A DNA stretch of 64,000 nt from the human T2T-CHM13v2.0 reference genome, Homo sapiens (GCF_009914755.1 NC_060929.1), one strand, 5' to 3'; counted from the stretch's first letter, positions 13,100 through 27,571 are shown. A program made the numbers and translations. The notes: generated by a model from the sequence alone, not told the origin.

Positions 13100-13600
13100 T
13101 CCAAAATATAAGAATAAAAATATCTATTACTACATTTTTCAGTTTAAGTCACAGTGCTGTTCATGAGAGACATAAAATAACTGACGTTTTAAAAATCTCG
13201 CTTTGACACATCTAGTAAATGCTTTTCCAAATACATCATAGCAATTCAGTCGGGTACAAAGAAACAGACATTCATGTTCCAGATCTTTGCCAGTATTGAC
13301 CATTGTAAATGTAAACAAAAAGGGGAGATTTTTAGTTTTATAGTTGAAAATGGAATATCATTTTATTACACATTTTATTACTATCTAGTGAAACACTGGA
13401 ACATTTTTTTAGACCCTTAAGAAATTGACATTATTGCATACCTATTTTTCAGTCATTATCTTAGCATTATCTATATAAATATAATATAAATATATATCAG
13501 ATATTATGAACCTTTATTTTTAATTTTTAAATTTATATATATTAAATATTCTTATATCTGAAACTATTTTTCCTTATAGTTTTTCATTTTTTCATTGTTT
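13100..13600 (-). mobile_element. Decayed L1ME-like fragment
   Basis: 'ttccagatctttgccagtatt', 'aaaatggaatatcatttt', 'ctagtgaaacactggaacatttttt' resemble the reverse L1 ORF2 3' region. Confidence 0.5.
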
Positions 13601-13661
13601 CAGAAATGACTTCCCAAAAAGAGATAAAATATTTTTTTCTCTATTTTTTTTTATACTTAAA

Positions 13662-14023
13662 TATTTTAGCCCATTTGGGCTGATATAACAAAATATCAGA
13701 AATGATTGGCTTATAAACAACGAATATTTGTTTTTTACAGTTCTGGAGCCTGGGAAGTCCAAGATCAAGCCACCCACAGATTCAGTGTCTGGTCACAGCC
13801 CTCTTCCTTATGGGTAGCACATTGTTCCTGTGTCCTCATGTGATGGAAGAGGCAAAGCAGCTGTCTTGGGCCTCTTTTATAAGGACGCTAATTTTATTCA
13901 TGAGGGCTCTGTCCTAATGAGTTAATCACCTCCCAAAACTCTCATCTCCTAATGCAATCACTTTAGGAGTTAGGATTTCAACATATAAATTTTGAGGGGG
14001 ACACCAGCATTCAGACTACAGCA
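13662..14023 (-). mobile_element. MLT1A-type solo LTR
   Basis: 'cagttctggagcctgggaagtccaagatcaag...ggatttcaacatataaattttgagggggacac...cattcagactacagca'; possible TSD TTAAA/TTGAA. Confidence 0.85.
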
Positions 14024-14069
14024 TTGAATACCTTTATTCTCCAAGAGTTTGTATGCTGGTCACATTTCC

Positions 14070-14306
14070 ATTGTTATGATAAAATATGCATACCGTAGCA
14101 TTTACTATCTTCACCATTTTTAAGTGTGTAATTCAGTGGCATTAAATACATTCACATTATTGTGCAACCATCACGTCACCACCGTATATCTCCAAAACTT
14201 TCTCAGCTTCCAAACTGAAACTCTTTGCTTATTAAGAAATAACACCCCATTTCCTCTTTCCCTCAGCCTCTGGCATCCACCACTCTACTTTTTATATCTA
14301 TGAATT
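14070..14306 (-). mobile_element. L1MB 3' end fragment
   Basis: 'accatttttaagtgtgtaattcagtggcattaaatacattcacattattgtgcaaccatcac' is a typical L1MB 3'UTR sequence. Confidence 0.8.
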
Positions 14307-15949
14307 GGGTGTGTCATATCAGTTGTATTAGTGAAATTGTGCATGGACAGAGACCTCTTTAATCTCACCCCAGTCAACTTTACCTACTTACTGAGAATGA
14401 TCATCAAGCCCCTTTCTGGTTATCATTTAATGTCTCCCAGCTAAGTGTTAATATCTAACACTTCTAAGAAACTTGATTATTTAAAAGTGCTATGGGAAAT
14501 GATTTCAATCAATTACCAAAGTTAACCAATCTGGTAGAGATCTAAGGTGGTAGCTCAGGCCACAAACCTAATTTTATGATATTACTACAACATTAAGTGT
14601 TTGGACGACAGTCTCTTACCTGTTCAAGGAATAGACCCATGTTTTTCCAACCTTGCAGTACAAAAAGCCTGTAGCCAAAGAGTCAGGTTGTTTCACTTTA
14701 TGTATATAATAATATGGGGAATATGGAATAATATATATGATATATTATGTATAATATTATTTGTAATTATAATAATTACCATAAAACACCGTTTCTAGTA
14801 AAATATACATAGAAATTCAAATAAAGTTTATATTTAAGTTCCTTTCTAACAATGACTCTATTAATTTTATAACTGTTTAAGTCTTCTTTTCATTCTTAGA
14901 GTATAGACATGTAATTGTTACTGTGGGAATCAGTTAACTTGTCTTTCATATTTCATTTCCTAAGTGCTAAATGGAGTTTCCCTGGCAAAAGCTGTCTTTT
15001 GCTGTCAATATCTGACTCCCAGTTACATTTGCAGCACAAAGCATTTGAATTGACTGTTACAGTGTAAGATTTCTTGCAGCCTTATCTTTTATACACTTCC
15101 TATCTTGTTGTGGAAAAGCAAAGAAGGAAGCTTTCTGGGTCAAATGCTTATGTTCTGTTGAAGATTAAAGAATATATATTCACTACTTATGTGACATTAT
15201 AATTTCTTTATTCTAATCATTAATAATATTGAACTTAACTATCCATAATGTAAAAGTAAATGCATTACCATAGAAATATGTGCTTCTTATGAAATTATGG
15301 AGCATTTTTTCTAGTTTATTATATATTTAAATACATTATAGTTTTAAAAGCAAAATGTTATAACATGCCCAGAGTGGTATAAGAATAAAATAACGTTTCA
15401 ATAGAAATTTCCTCTCTTTGAACTTCAATTTATAGACAATACATAAAGCTAGAAATATGTTGAAACTTTCTAATAAAACTCAATGAATTTTCTCTTTTAA
15501 TCAGAATTATTAAACGAAACAATTCAAAATAACTAACATGTTATACAATTATAATAAATTACACAGTGGATTTTTAAACTTGTACAAATAGTTTATAACA
15601 GCTTTGCACATTGGCAGTATTATAGCTAGAGGTTTATTCAAGAAGTGATTATTGTTAATTGAAAACTTTCCTGTTACCTCACCACGATGACTTGTAATAT
15701 AATCAACATTGGTAATTTTTGATATTATCCAAAAAAACTAAAAAAATGGTTTATAACAACAAATGCCAGTTAATATATAAAGCATAAAGTAATGTTTGTA
15801 TGCCTTGAAATGAGTATAATTGATTAAACAAGTATAATAGTGACAAATTTTTTAACTTTTACTCAAAAGCTGAGATTTCTGAGCCTTAATACAAATAGAT
15901 AAATAATAAGTTGCTAAACTTATTATTAGTTGTTGCTAAATTATAATGC

Positions 15950-16253
15950 TTTTTTTGTTTTTTTTTTTTTTTTGGAAGGATCTCACTCTGTTGTCCAGGC
16001 TGGAGTACAGTGGCGTGATCTCGGCTCACTGTAAACTCTGCCTCCTGGGTTCAAGTGATTCTCACACCTCAGCCTCCCAAGTAGCTGGAACTGCAGGCAT
16101 CTGCCACCACACCGAGCTAATTTTTGTATTTTTAGTAGAGACAGGGTTTCACCATGTTGGCCAGGCTGGTCTTGAGCTCCTGACCTCAAGTGATCCACCC
16201 GCCTCAGCCTCCCAAAATGCTAGGATTACAGGCGTGAGCTTCCATGCCTGGCC
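15950..16253 (-). mobile_element. AluS (Sx/Sz-like)
   Basis: Full dimeric Alu; T-tail on left, ends 'cctggcc'. Confidence 0.95.
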
Positions 16254-17725
16254 TAAACTATTATTCTTAGAAAACTAATTTTAATACGTGGACAATACTG
16301 GAAGAAATACAGTAAATGCAAATTAACTTATAAAATTGATAGATGTATTTTAACTAAGAGGAATAAATGTCTAACAGAATGGCACTAAAGCCAATTACAA
16401 TAGACTTAACTTATTTAATAAATAAGATGCATACATTTGAGATTTCTTATGAAGATATAGCAACAACTTTTCAGAAAACATTTTATTCAATTTGATAAGA
16501 AAATTTGTGTGGCAAGTTTTAATAGAGTAAGGATAGAAGAAATATTTTAATTCATAGAGTAGAGAGTCACAGCAGTTAAAATTATTTTATGAAGAAAATA
16601 TAAAATAGCACTTTTTATTTGAACCCTAACTTAAGAATAAGGAATGTTAGGCATCATTTAAATTTTTATGAAAATAATAAAATGCCCTACTTTCACCGTT
16701 TTAACTAAAGAAAGAAAAAAATGGTTCAGGGGAAACCAGTTATAGAGATGTAGATTTTGACTCAGACTGAAAAATGAGAGACCATCAAATCAGTAAAGAA
16801 AATAATTTAGAAATAGACATATAAAGTCACATTCAATATGACCATGCTGAAAAGAAAAGAGAATATGTTTATTTTGTTGAAACAAGGAGCAATTTATACA
16901 AAGAAACATGGCAGGTAATAGTTGGTCTATGGAAATTTCACCAGAGGCAGTAGGAATGCATGGGCCAGATCAGACCAAGTGTCAGCGCTAGTTAGTTCTT
17001 AACAGAAAAAAGTACATGGAAGCAATAAAAATAGAGTGAATGTTAATCTCAGACTGCACATAATGACTACTAGACTAATTTATTCCCAAAGGATCACACA
17101 AGCAGTGAAATTCAGAGATAAAGCAGAATGCCTGCCAGACACCAAGCTGTTATTAGAAGTGGCAGACATGCAGTGTGTGATTAAAGAAGCAGTAATAGTT
17201 GAAATAATTTACTGTGCAAATTTCAGTTACCTGCACTTTCTTCCAGTCTATTAGTAACTGTTTCTAGCAGAACAAAGTCTTAGAATAGGGGACCTGTATA
17301 ATTCACTGGTTCTTTACAGCCAGCAAACCAAAGATATGAGAGAGGCTCTTGACACAAACAAATGTACCATTTCATAAACTGACATCTCTATATTGCACAT
17401 TTTTTCCATTTATACTTTTGAAAACTTTTACGTCTGTGTCAGTTAAAATGATTATCAACCTTGGTAACGTATTTTTCCTCATTTCAAAATGTACATAAAT
17501 CTAGTTTCATATGGCCCACAGAACTGATGTCTATGACCAATAATTTCAATTATCTCGAAAAGTAAATGAAAAATGAAATTGATCCAATGGCCAAACACAA
17601 AACCTCAAAGTAAATCACATATTTCAGAACCTCGAGGTTCAATTTTGTGCCATAAACATTTATAATTTGGGGTGAATAAATAACTGTAACCTATAAAACA
17701 TATTATTTATTGTGATGGTTAATTC

Positions 17726-18021
17726 TTTTTTTTTTTTTTTTTTTTTTGAGATGGAGCTTCGCTCTGTCGCCCAGGCTGGAGTGCAGTGACACGATCTCAG
17801 CTCACCGGTGGCTCCACCTCCCAGGTTCAAGTGATTCTCCTGCCTCAGCCCCCTGAGTAGCTGGGACTACAGGTGCCCGCCACTACGCCAGGCTAATTTT
17901 TTTGTATTTTTTTAGTGGACACTGGGTTTCACCGTGTTAACCAGATGGTCTCCATCTCCTGACCTCGTGATCCATCCACCTTGGCCTCCCAAAGTGCTGG
18001 GATTACAGACGTGAGCCACCG
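17726..18021 (-). mobile_element. AluSc/Y-like element nested in MLT2
   Basis: Dimeric Alu lacking the terminal ~9 nt; TSD GATGGTTAATTC (17714-17725) / GATAGTTAATTTC (18021-18033). Confidence 0.93.
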
Positions 18022-18171
18022 ATAGTTAATTTCATGTGTTAATTTGGTTGGGCCACAGGATGCCTAGATAGCTGGCATTATTTCTAGTTGTGTCTGTGAA
18101 GATGTTTGCAAAAGAGTCTGATATTTGAATTCTACTTAGGAAAGCAGAGACTTCTCCCAAATGTGGATGAG

Positions 18172-18714
18172 TGTGATGGTTAATATTGAGTGTCAACTTG
18201 ATTGGATTGAAGGATGCAAAGAATTGTTCCTGGGGTGTGTTTGTGAGGGTGTTGACAAAGGAGATTAACATTCGAGTCAGTGTACAGGCAGAATCACCCT
18301 CAACCTGGGTGGGCGCCACCTAATCAGCTGGCAGCTTGGCTAGAATAAAGCAGGTAGAAGAAAGTGGAGTGGGGAGACTTGCTGGGTTTTCTGGCCTTCA
18401 TCTTTTGCCTGTGCTGGATGCTTTCTGCCCCTGAACATCAGACTCCAAGTTCTTCAGCTTTTGGACTCTTGGACTTACATCAGTGATTTTCCAGGGGCTC
18501 TAGGGCCTTCAGCTGCAAACTGAAGGCTGCACTGTTGGCCTCCCTACTTTTGAGGTTTTGGGGCTCGGACTGGCTTCCTTGCTCCTCAGCTTCCAGAAGG
18601 CCTATTGTAGGATTTCGGCTTCTGATAGTGTGAGTCTATTCTCCTAATAAACTCCCCTTCATATATACATATATCTTATTAGTTCTGTCCCTTTAGAGAA
18701 TCCTGACTAATACA
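18172..18714 (+). mobile_element. MLT2A2-like solo LTR nested in older MLT2
   Basis: TGTGATGGTTAATATTGAGTGTCAACTTGATTGG...CTGACTAATACA, 543 bp; TSD ATGAG/ATGTG. Confidence 0.88.
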
Positions 18715-19106
18715 ATGTGTATCATCCAATTTTCTGAGGGCCTGAACGGAACAAAAGAAGGTGAAGAAAGGCTGAATTTTATTTCTGCCTGACTGCTGGT
18801 ACATCAATCTTTTGCTCTCCTTCTGCACTCCTGAAAGGGCCTGCAGATCGAGACTGGAATCTACACCATTGGTTCTCCAGCTCTTAAGTCTTCAAATTAC
18901 ACTATTGGGTTTTCTGGGTCTCCAGTTTACAGACAGCAGATCATGGGAATTCTCAGTGTCAAAATTGTGTGAATCAATATCTTTATAGTAAATGTCTCAT
19001 ACCTATATCCTATTGGTTCTGTTTCCCTGTAAAACTCTGACTAATCTATTTGCTAAAGTAACCTTAAATCATACTAGAGATTTAGTAACTCAAAGTAATA
19101 TAGAGA

Positions 19107-20359
19107 GCCATGACCATTCAATGGGGAAAGGACAGTATTTTTAGCAGATGTATTAGGCAAACCAGACATACTCATGAAAAAGAGAATGAAGCTGGACCCT
19201 TACTTTACACAGTATACGAAATTTAACTGAAAATGGAACCAAAACTCTTAATGATAACACAAGGGAAAATTTTCATAAAGTTAAATTTGGCAACCATTTC
19301 TAAGATGTAAAGCAAAATTTTTAGCAAAATTTAAACTTTTGTGCATCTAGGAACACTATGGGCAGAGTGAAAATGCAACCCATGAAATGGGAGAAAATAT
19401 TTGAAAATTATCATTGGATGAGAACTTAATATCCAGAGTATATAAAGATCCCCTATATTGCAATAAAAATAGCAAAATGAATTTAAAAATGAGCAAAAAA
19501 CCTGAATTGATATTTCTCCAAAGAAGATCTAAAAATGGCAAATAAACACATATAAAACTGCACTATCTCACTGATCACTGACGAAATTCAAACCAATTGC
19601 TCAACAAGATACCACTTCACATTCATTTGAATAGCTGTTATAAACAAAATAAAACGAAAGAAATCATATGTGTTGGTGAGGATATGAAGAAATTAGAACG
19701 TTTGTACATGGTTGGTGAAAATGTAAAATGGTACAGCTACTAGAGAAAATGGTATGGCAGTTTATTAAAAATTGAAACTTAGAGTTGTCATATAATCCAT
19801 TTATTTCATATTGGAGTATATGCCCAAGGACTTGAACAGATATGTCTGAATGTATATCCATGTTTCATGTATACCAACATTTATAGCAGCATTATTTAAA
19901 GTAGCCAGAAGGTGAAAGCAACTTGAGTGTTCACCAGTGGGTAAATGGGTAGACAAAATGTATTATATACATGCAGTGAAATAGTTTTTCAGCAAGAAAA
20001 ATGAAGGAAACTTTAACATATAACATGAGTGAATCTTGAGCGCTTATGGTAAGTGAAATAAACCAGTCATAAAAGACCAACTTGCATAACTCCACTTATA
20101 TGAGTAACCTCAGGTGGTGAAATTTATAGAGCCAAAACAAAATTGGCAACCTGGGGCTTGGGGAGGAAGAAATGAAGAGTGATTTTTTAATGGGTCCAGA
20201 TTTCAGCCTGAGAGATGCAAAAAAAGTCCTAAAGATGAATAGTGGTAATGGCTGTACAAGGATGTGGATACAGTTATTACCACTAACTACAGTCATAAAA
20301 AAGATTAAAATAATAAATTTTATGTTATGCATATTTTACCACAATAAAAAATAAAAAAA
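19107..20359 (+). mobile_element. L1MB 3' portion (ORF2 end, 3'UTR, A-tail)
   Basis: 'attcaatggggaaaggacagt', 'aatgaagctggacccttac', ends 'tttatgttatgcatattttaccacaataaaaaa'. Confidence 0.85.
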
Positions 20360-20379
20360 TCATAAAGCATTGATTATAG

Positions 20380-23300
20380 AATTGTGTTGATGAACTTATC
20401 TTGTATAAATAAGTACCATTTTTACAAGAAGGCATAAAAGAGGAAAAAGACGAAAGTGTTGTATATTAGTAAAATTATGTTGGTATTAATCAGAACTAGA
20501 TTCCTTTATTGTAATGTACAAAGTGAAAGGTCCAGGCCAACAACAACAAATACACACGCACACAAAACCAAGCCAGAAAAAAAAAACAAAAACTTAACAC
20601 CACCACCACCAACAAAAACTTCAAAAGTAAATTAAAACAAGAAAAAGGAAATCAAAATTCCATGGTAGAAAAAATATATTTTGCAGAAGGTATAAATTGA
20701 AAAGGGCATAATAAATATAGAAAAAAATAATAATTGTAAATCTGATCAGTAATTACCTTAAACGTAAATAAACATTCTGATTTTTAGTGGGAGATACTTG
20801 AAGAATGGATAAAAGTTCTATGATCAATCTGTAGGCTGTCTACCATAGACACATTTTAGGTCTTCACATACAAATCAGTTGAAAGAAAAAGAACAGGAAA
20901 AGATGTACAATGTAAACAGTAAAAATAAGAGCTAAGATTGCTATACTAATAGTTGACAATATAGACTTTAAATATAAGTGAGTTACTAGAGAAAGAGAAC
21001 AGTTTACAACAATAAAAGCATTAATCCATTAAGAAGACGTGTCAATAATAAAACTTTACATATATAATAAAACAGCCTCACAATACATGGAAACAAGAAC
21101 TAACAGACCTAAGACAAGGGATAGGCAAATCTTCATTGGTGTCATTAATATTCAGTGTCAAACATGGATAAAACTACTACACAAAACATCAACAAGAAAA
21201 TAGAACACTTAAACAAAACTATAAACCCATTATGTACCACTGTCAAACATTTAATGAATAATTAAAACAACTCCTACAAAAACTCTTTCAAAAAAATTAG
21301 AAGAAAAGAAATTGCCCTCCAATCTATGAGAACAGAATTACCCTAATTTCAAAACCAGACAGTGGCAGCATATAAAGAAGAAATTATCGAAAATTATATC
21401 TAACAAAGGAACAAAAATGATTATAAAAATATTTGCAAAAAAATGCAAATCTATGACAAAAATAAGCATACATCATGACCAATGAGTTTATTTCAGGAAG
21501 GCAAAATTTAACATTCAAAAATTAATCACCACAATATTCCATATTAAAAGAATAAAAGAAAAAAGTATGTAAATCTCATGATATACAAGCAAGACATTGC
21601 AAAAAAGTTAAACACTCTTAGTAAACGCATGAAAAAACAGGAGTTGGAGAGAACACCTCAAAACTAAAAATGAGTATCTGTGAAAAATATTCACCTGTTA
21701 CCATATTTAATCGTAAAAAATAGAATACCATGGAAAGACAATAATTTCCACTCTCAGAACTTCCATTCAACAATGTACTAAAGGTCCTTTTTGTTGCATT
21801 TAAATAAGAAAAAAAAGTAAAAGGCATCCTGATCAGATACTGGAAAGTAAAACTATTAGCAGTTAAAATGATCACGTATATACAAAATATAAGGAATCCG
21901 CTAATAGTATTATAATTAATAGTGAGTTCAGAAAGTTTTCAGAATATAAGATCAATGTACAAAAAAACAACTGTAGCTCTATACATCAGCAAATATACAA
22001 TCTGAAAATGAAATTAAAAAATGATTTTATTTACAAGAGCATCAGCAAAAATAGGAATAAAGTTAACAAAAGAATTGCAAGACTCATACAGTGAACTACA
22101 AAACGTTGTTGAAGAAAATTAAAGAAGAACTAAACAAATGGGAAAACACCCATATCATGGAATAAAAGACTTCTTGAAAACTACTGAGAGTAGATTTTGT
22201 GTTCTCATCACAATAGTTATAACTTTGTGAATTAATGTATATGTTAATTAGCTAAATTTAGCCATTCCACAATGTGCATGTGTATATATTTTTAAACATC
22301 ATATTGAACACAAGAAATGCATACAATTTTATCTGTCAGTTAAAAAAGCAAAATAAAAGTAAAAGGAAAGACTACAGTTAAATGGGCAATACTGCTGAAA
22401 CTTCCTACAGATTCAACATAATGGTTATGAAATCTCAACTGGCATTTTTTTTTTTTTTAGAAATTGGCAAGCTAATCATAAAATTTATATATATATATGT
22501 GTGCGTGTGTGTGTGTGAGCAAAGAACTCAGAATAGGTAAAAACATTTTTTAAAATGTAAGAGGATTCATAATTTTTGATTTCCAAATTTATTAGAAATC
22601 CAAAATATTCATGACAGTGTTACATTGACATAAGTAGAGACATATAGATTGAGAATATTTTTTTAAAATTCATAAATAAACTTTAAATTTACGACAGATA
22701 ATTTTCAACAAGATTGCCATGACATGTCAATGTGTAAAAAGCAGTCTTTACAACAAATCGCACTGGGAAAACTGCGTATCAATGGGTAAAAGAATGTGTG
22801 GGTCCTCAGCACTTCATATCAGAAATAACTCAAAATAGATTAAGACCTACATACATAACCTAAAATTATAAACCAATTATAAGACAGCATAGAATTAAAT
22901 CTTCCTGGTGGGTCTTGGGTAAGGCAATCATTCTTCAATGTGAAAAAAACCATGAGTGACAAAAGATAAAGTAGATAAATTGAATTTCCTTGAAATTAAA
23001 AATGTTTCTACTTCAAAGTACGCTATCAAGGCAGTGAAAAGACAACCTCCAAAATGAAAGAAAAGATTAGCAAATTGTAGTTCTAATGGGTGACTTATAA
23101 GTCAATATTATATAAAAGACTTTTACAATTCAGCAATAAGATAAATAACACAAATAAAACTGACAATTTAAATAAACAATTTTCTAAAGAAGGTAAACAA
23201 ATTAACAATAAGTACAAAAAAGGATACTCAGACTTATTAGTCACCTGAATAATGCAAGCCAAATAAGAATAAGGTTTACTTATTTATTATTTCTTTACCT

Positions 23301-23788
23301 CCAGCAAATGGCTAAAATGAAATGGCAAACAATGATAAGTATCAGCAAAGATGTAGAAAAATGAGCTGAGTGAAGACAAACTCTCATTCATTGATGGTGT
23401 ATGAAATGGTACAACCTCTTTGGAAACAGTTTTTCAGTTCCTCACATTGTCTATGTGTAATAGAGCTACCATAGCTCAGCCAGTTTGACTCCTAGTTATA
23501 TAACCAAAAGAACTAACAATGTGTGTTCACAAAAAATTACACATTAATGATCATAGTGGCATTACTCACAATAGCCAAAAAATGTTAAAAATCCGCATGT
23601 CCATTGACCGATTAATGCATAAACAGAACGTGGCATATCCAAACAGTGAAATATTATTTGGCTATAAAGAGGAATTGAGTAACAACACAGGTTAAATATG
23701 AATGAACCTTGAAAATATCATGTTACATGAAGTAAAACAGTTATAAAAGACCTATATGATTTCATTTATGTGTATTGTCTAGAAAAGG
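20380..23788 (+). mobile_element. Decayed old L1M ORF2 with internal deletions
   Basis: Recognisable endonuclease ('gaatggataaaa...ctgtctaccatagacacatttta'), RT and 3' ORF2 motifs in collinear order. Confidence 0.75.
22172..22366 (+). mobile_element. Short L1MA 3' end nested in older L1
   Basis: 'gagagtagattttgtgttctcatcaca...atgttaattagctaaatttagccattccacaatgt' plus A-tail; flanked by AAAGACT at 22165-22171 and 22367-22373. Confidence 0.8.
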
Positions 23789-23789
23789 A

Positions 23790-23905
23790 CACTGCAGTTC
23801 AGATTCTCCCTCTTCCCAGTTCTTTTTGTCTCACCTTTCACCCTTCAAATCTTCCCTCCTGCATGCAAAGTCTCAGAGTCATTCCCAGGTTACCCAACTG
23901 TCTCA
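23790..23905 (+). mobile_element. LTR16-like 3' fragment
   Basis: 'cctcctgcatgcaaagtctcagagtcattcccaggttacccaac' resembles the LTR16 terminus. Confidence 0.4.
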
Positions 23906-24139
23906 TTGATTCACTTTTTCAGAATAAATAAATAGGAAGTACGCTCATAATTTATACAGTAAAATAGTCTGCTACCTTTGTCTGTGATTTAATCTCAGAG
24001 ATAAGACAATATGGTAAAGTACAGCACTGTATGGTGCATGATAGTAACACTACAATGATATTATATAAAAGTAGTTTTAGTGCATACAAAATTGGAAATA
24101 TTCTAGTTTATGACTCAGTTAAAAAACATTAGAGGTAAA

Positions 24140-24310
24140 AAAATAAAGAGAAGAAAAAGACGAAGGAAGAAATATTGAATGCAAAGGAAAGAAATGGAAG
24201 ATGAGAGAGAGGCAATGTGGGAAAGAAGAAAGCAAAGAAACCGGAAAGGAAAGGAAGGAGGAGAGAAGGAAGAAAAGAGGATGGGAGGGAAGGTAGGAAG
24301 GAAAATAGGT
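24140..24310. repeat. GA-rich low-complexity tract
   Basis: Purine-dominated (GGAA/GA) stretch. Confidence 0.8.
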
Positions 24311-25332
24311 AAATGCAAAATACTCAAAGACTTTGTTTTGGTTTGATTTAGTTTGGTGTTTGGCTCAGGTTAAAATTTTTCTCTATTTGTTAATTAGGCA
24401 CCAGCAGAAAGACAATGAATTATATCTCCAGGTATCTGAAGAAATCATTAAGGAAATAATGCAAAAATAAGAATGTCACAATAGCTAAAAGACAGATTAA
24501 TGTGCTGCAAGTCAACAAATCCACAAGATTTGGGTTATTATTTCTATAAGCCAAAAACTGTTTTAACATCATTTTTTCAATATGTTAGTGTCTAATTTCT
24601 TTAGGCTGAAAACATAATTCAAACAAATATTTATCTCTTGAGAGAATTATAGGAGTGTGAAGTGAGCTTAGAAGAATTTACCTCGAATATTAAGAAATCA
24701 GTTATTTTGTCTTATGTTCATGTTTCAGTAAATTATTTCTTTGTAATAAGAAAGTGAATAAAAGAAAAAAAAAGGATAGAAAAGGAAATAATAAGTACCT
24801 GGAAATTTTGGAAGGATAGTCAATTACCTCAAATTTTAATTGTGTGATGTAAAACTTATTAGGGGAGCATAGGCTTTCTAAACAGAAGTTAACACTTTTC
24901 TAATGATTTAATATTCAATGAAATAAACAGTCCTAAAATTTGTCCTGTGACTGTGAGTACTTTTTATAAAAGCAGTGTTGCCTCCTTCTGGGATAGTCCA
25001 ATATATGAGCTTAAGATTTGTTCTTTTGAGTTTTGTACTTTGACCTAGACACATGGTACATGTTTTACCAATATTATAAATTTAGTGCTCACACATTGCT
25101 AAGAGATAATTTCTACCTTGCATTATCAATATGAAATCTGAGGCTCAGAGAGTTTTTGTTGGGAATGGTTCTTGATTACCATGCCTTTAATCTCATTATT
25201 ACACTGGTTCTTGAAAGGACATTTGTGCCTGATAACCCCCACTATGGAAAAAGACAAATAAAACAAAAAACACATGAAACTATAATCAGTTGTTCATGTG
25301 GCAATCTGTGGATATTTAAAGAAAATGTCTAG

Positions 25333-25721
<389 letters not shown>

Positions 25722-26529
25722 TGTCATACAGTTTTAAGTTCTCATACTGTTCATGTCCCTGAGTGCCCTTCTTGTCCTCGTACACACACTTTCAAGTTTG
25801 TTAGTGTAACTCTTTGAGCATAGTATAAATATGGACATAGTATATTTGTTGTGACTGAAATATCATAGACTATAGATTAAATGCTTTGAGTATATGCAAA
25901 TCCTGCAACACAGAACCTGAGAAAAATGTGGGCACAGAAAGGAATCTGTACTTGAATTACAATCTAAGCTTAAAATGATTGCATTATTATATGTCAGATA
26001 AAAATAAGGTATTGTTTTACTAAACTAATTTAAATGTTTAATTATGTCAGAACTTGAAAATCATATACCCTGCTTCCTCACAAAAGTGCTATAAGATACA
26101 TCTGCTCATGTGCCTCTGGCAGCTGTGGCTGTGTATTTGCACTGCCACTGTAGGAATCTGATATTGTAATCTGAGTAAGGTACACGTTGAGCTTCTGGGA
26201 GCCCACCAGAACTGCCTCCCTGCAATATATTCTCTATAATTGGCGAATGTGTTGTGTCAGGAGCAGCTGAATTATTCAATTATTCCTTATCAGCTCTCTC
26301 TAAAAGGCTGATCTTGCACCTGATGACATTACTGACAGTTCAGGAAAAAGATCGGTGAGGTCAAGCAAGTGCCTTGCTCCTGATAATATGAAGCCTACGT
26401 GTCCTTCAGCCTGTACTTTGGTATTCTGGCTTAGAAATTCTGAATAGTGTTAATCTTCAAAGTCCAACATATCTGCAATATAGTGTAGCTCGTTTCATTA
26501 CTCAAGGATGAGCACTTTATGTTTCCAAA

Positions 26530-27175
26530 TGACAGCAAACTTTTATTGAGCTTAGTCTTAAGACTGTTTTAAGTGCTTTCAATGGAATTCTTTCTATAAT
26601 GTTTTCATACCTTTACGAGGTAATGTGGTGGCCACAAGAGTGCACCTCATAAACTCCCAACTACAGAGAGCATAGTTGATTCAGGGCCTAGCTGCTACAA
26701 TTTGAAAAACATCTCGGAAATTATGTTATGTCTTCGCTTGTTTAGGGTGTTCCTGGCACTGATTGAGCCCAGCCAGGATACTACTGCAGACCCATTAGTG
26801 TGAGACTTCAGACACCTCTGACAGCTGTCTTTGGCTCGAAGACTCACCAATGGCCTTGCGGCAAGTTTCCACTTTGCACAGATGTTAATATACGTGCCCA
26901 ATCTATTTTAATTTTTTTCTTCTCTCAGTGCCATCATTCAATTGTTTAGATGACTGCCCCCAAAAACTTATAGTTTCTAACTTCCTTGCATGTTTAAATC
27001 ATGTCGGTATCTGCTTCTTTGATTAATCAAACCAGTACAAGCATACACTACTATTAGTCCAAATTTTATATCATAGTGGAAATTAGGATAAATAATCTGT
27101 CCAAGATCATTGACTTAGGAAGTTACAGATCTGGGTTTGCATTAAATGTTCTAAAGTAGAATCTTCTTAAGCCTG
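26530..27175 (-). mobile_element. MIR split by LTR16C
   Basis: 'ttttattgagcttag...aagtgcttt...gaggta' before the LTR and 'ctattagtccaaattttata...aataatctgtccaagatca' after it are consecutive MIR segments. Confidence 0.55.
26624..27039 (+). mobile_element. LTR16C-like solo LTR (ERVL)
   Basis: TGTGGTGGCC start, 'ctttggctcgaagactc', 'tatctgcttct', ends ACA; matches recalled LTR16C layout. Confidence 0.7.
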
Positions 27176-27571
27176 ATCAACTTAGTCATTGCAATAGTAA
27201 GTTCTAGAAAACAGTACATGTTAGTTAAACCTCAGAATCTCAACATAGATTGAAAGCTTTTGCATCTCCTACACAGAGTTAGGGCTTTCAGTGATCATAT
27301 GTCGACAGGAAGACTTCATGTGGTAAAAGGAGTCTGTAATTTTAATGTATTGAATACAGGGCATATATAGTCATTTAGGCTTATTTAAGATAGGTGTGTC
27401 TTTAGGTATTTATTTATTTAAATATCCCTTTAAAAATATTTGAATTGCAACTCTATTTAGTAAATACATCATTTAGACAAATTTATAGTTTACTAATTTA
27501 CAAGATATTTAAAATTTCTACTCATCATTGAAGTTTTCTTTTAAAATAAAATAATAACATCTGTTCATTAC

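Larger units (their letters stand above)
17711..19048 (+). mobile_element. Older MLT2 (ERVL) solo LTR, host of two nested insertions
   Basis: Starts TGTGATGGTTAAT, resumes at 18021 and 18715, ends 'tattggttctgtttccctgtaaaactctgactaatcta'. Confidence 0.8.

Noticed and set aside
15946-16278. Alu-derived ORFs (also at 32.7, 35.3, 38.2, 46.8, 54.1 and 61.3 kb)
   Set aside because: Standard Alu translations (e.g. [11 protein letters not shown]) with no exon evidence.
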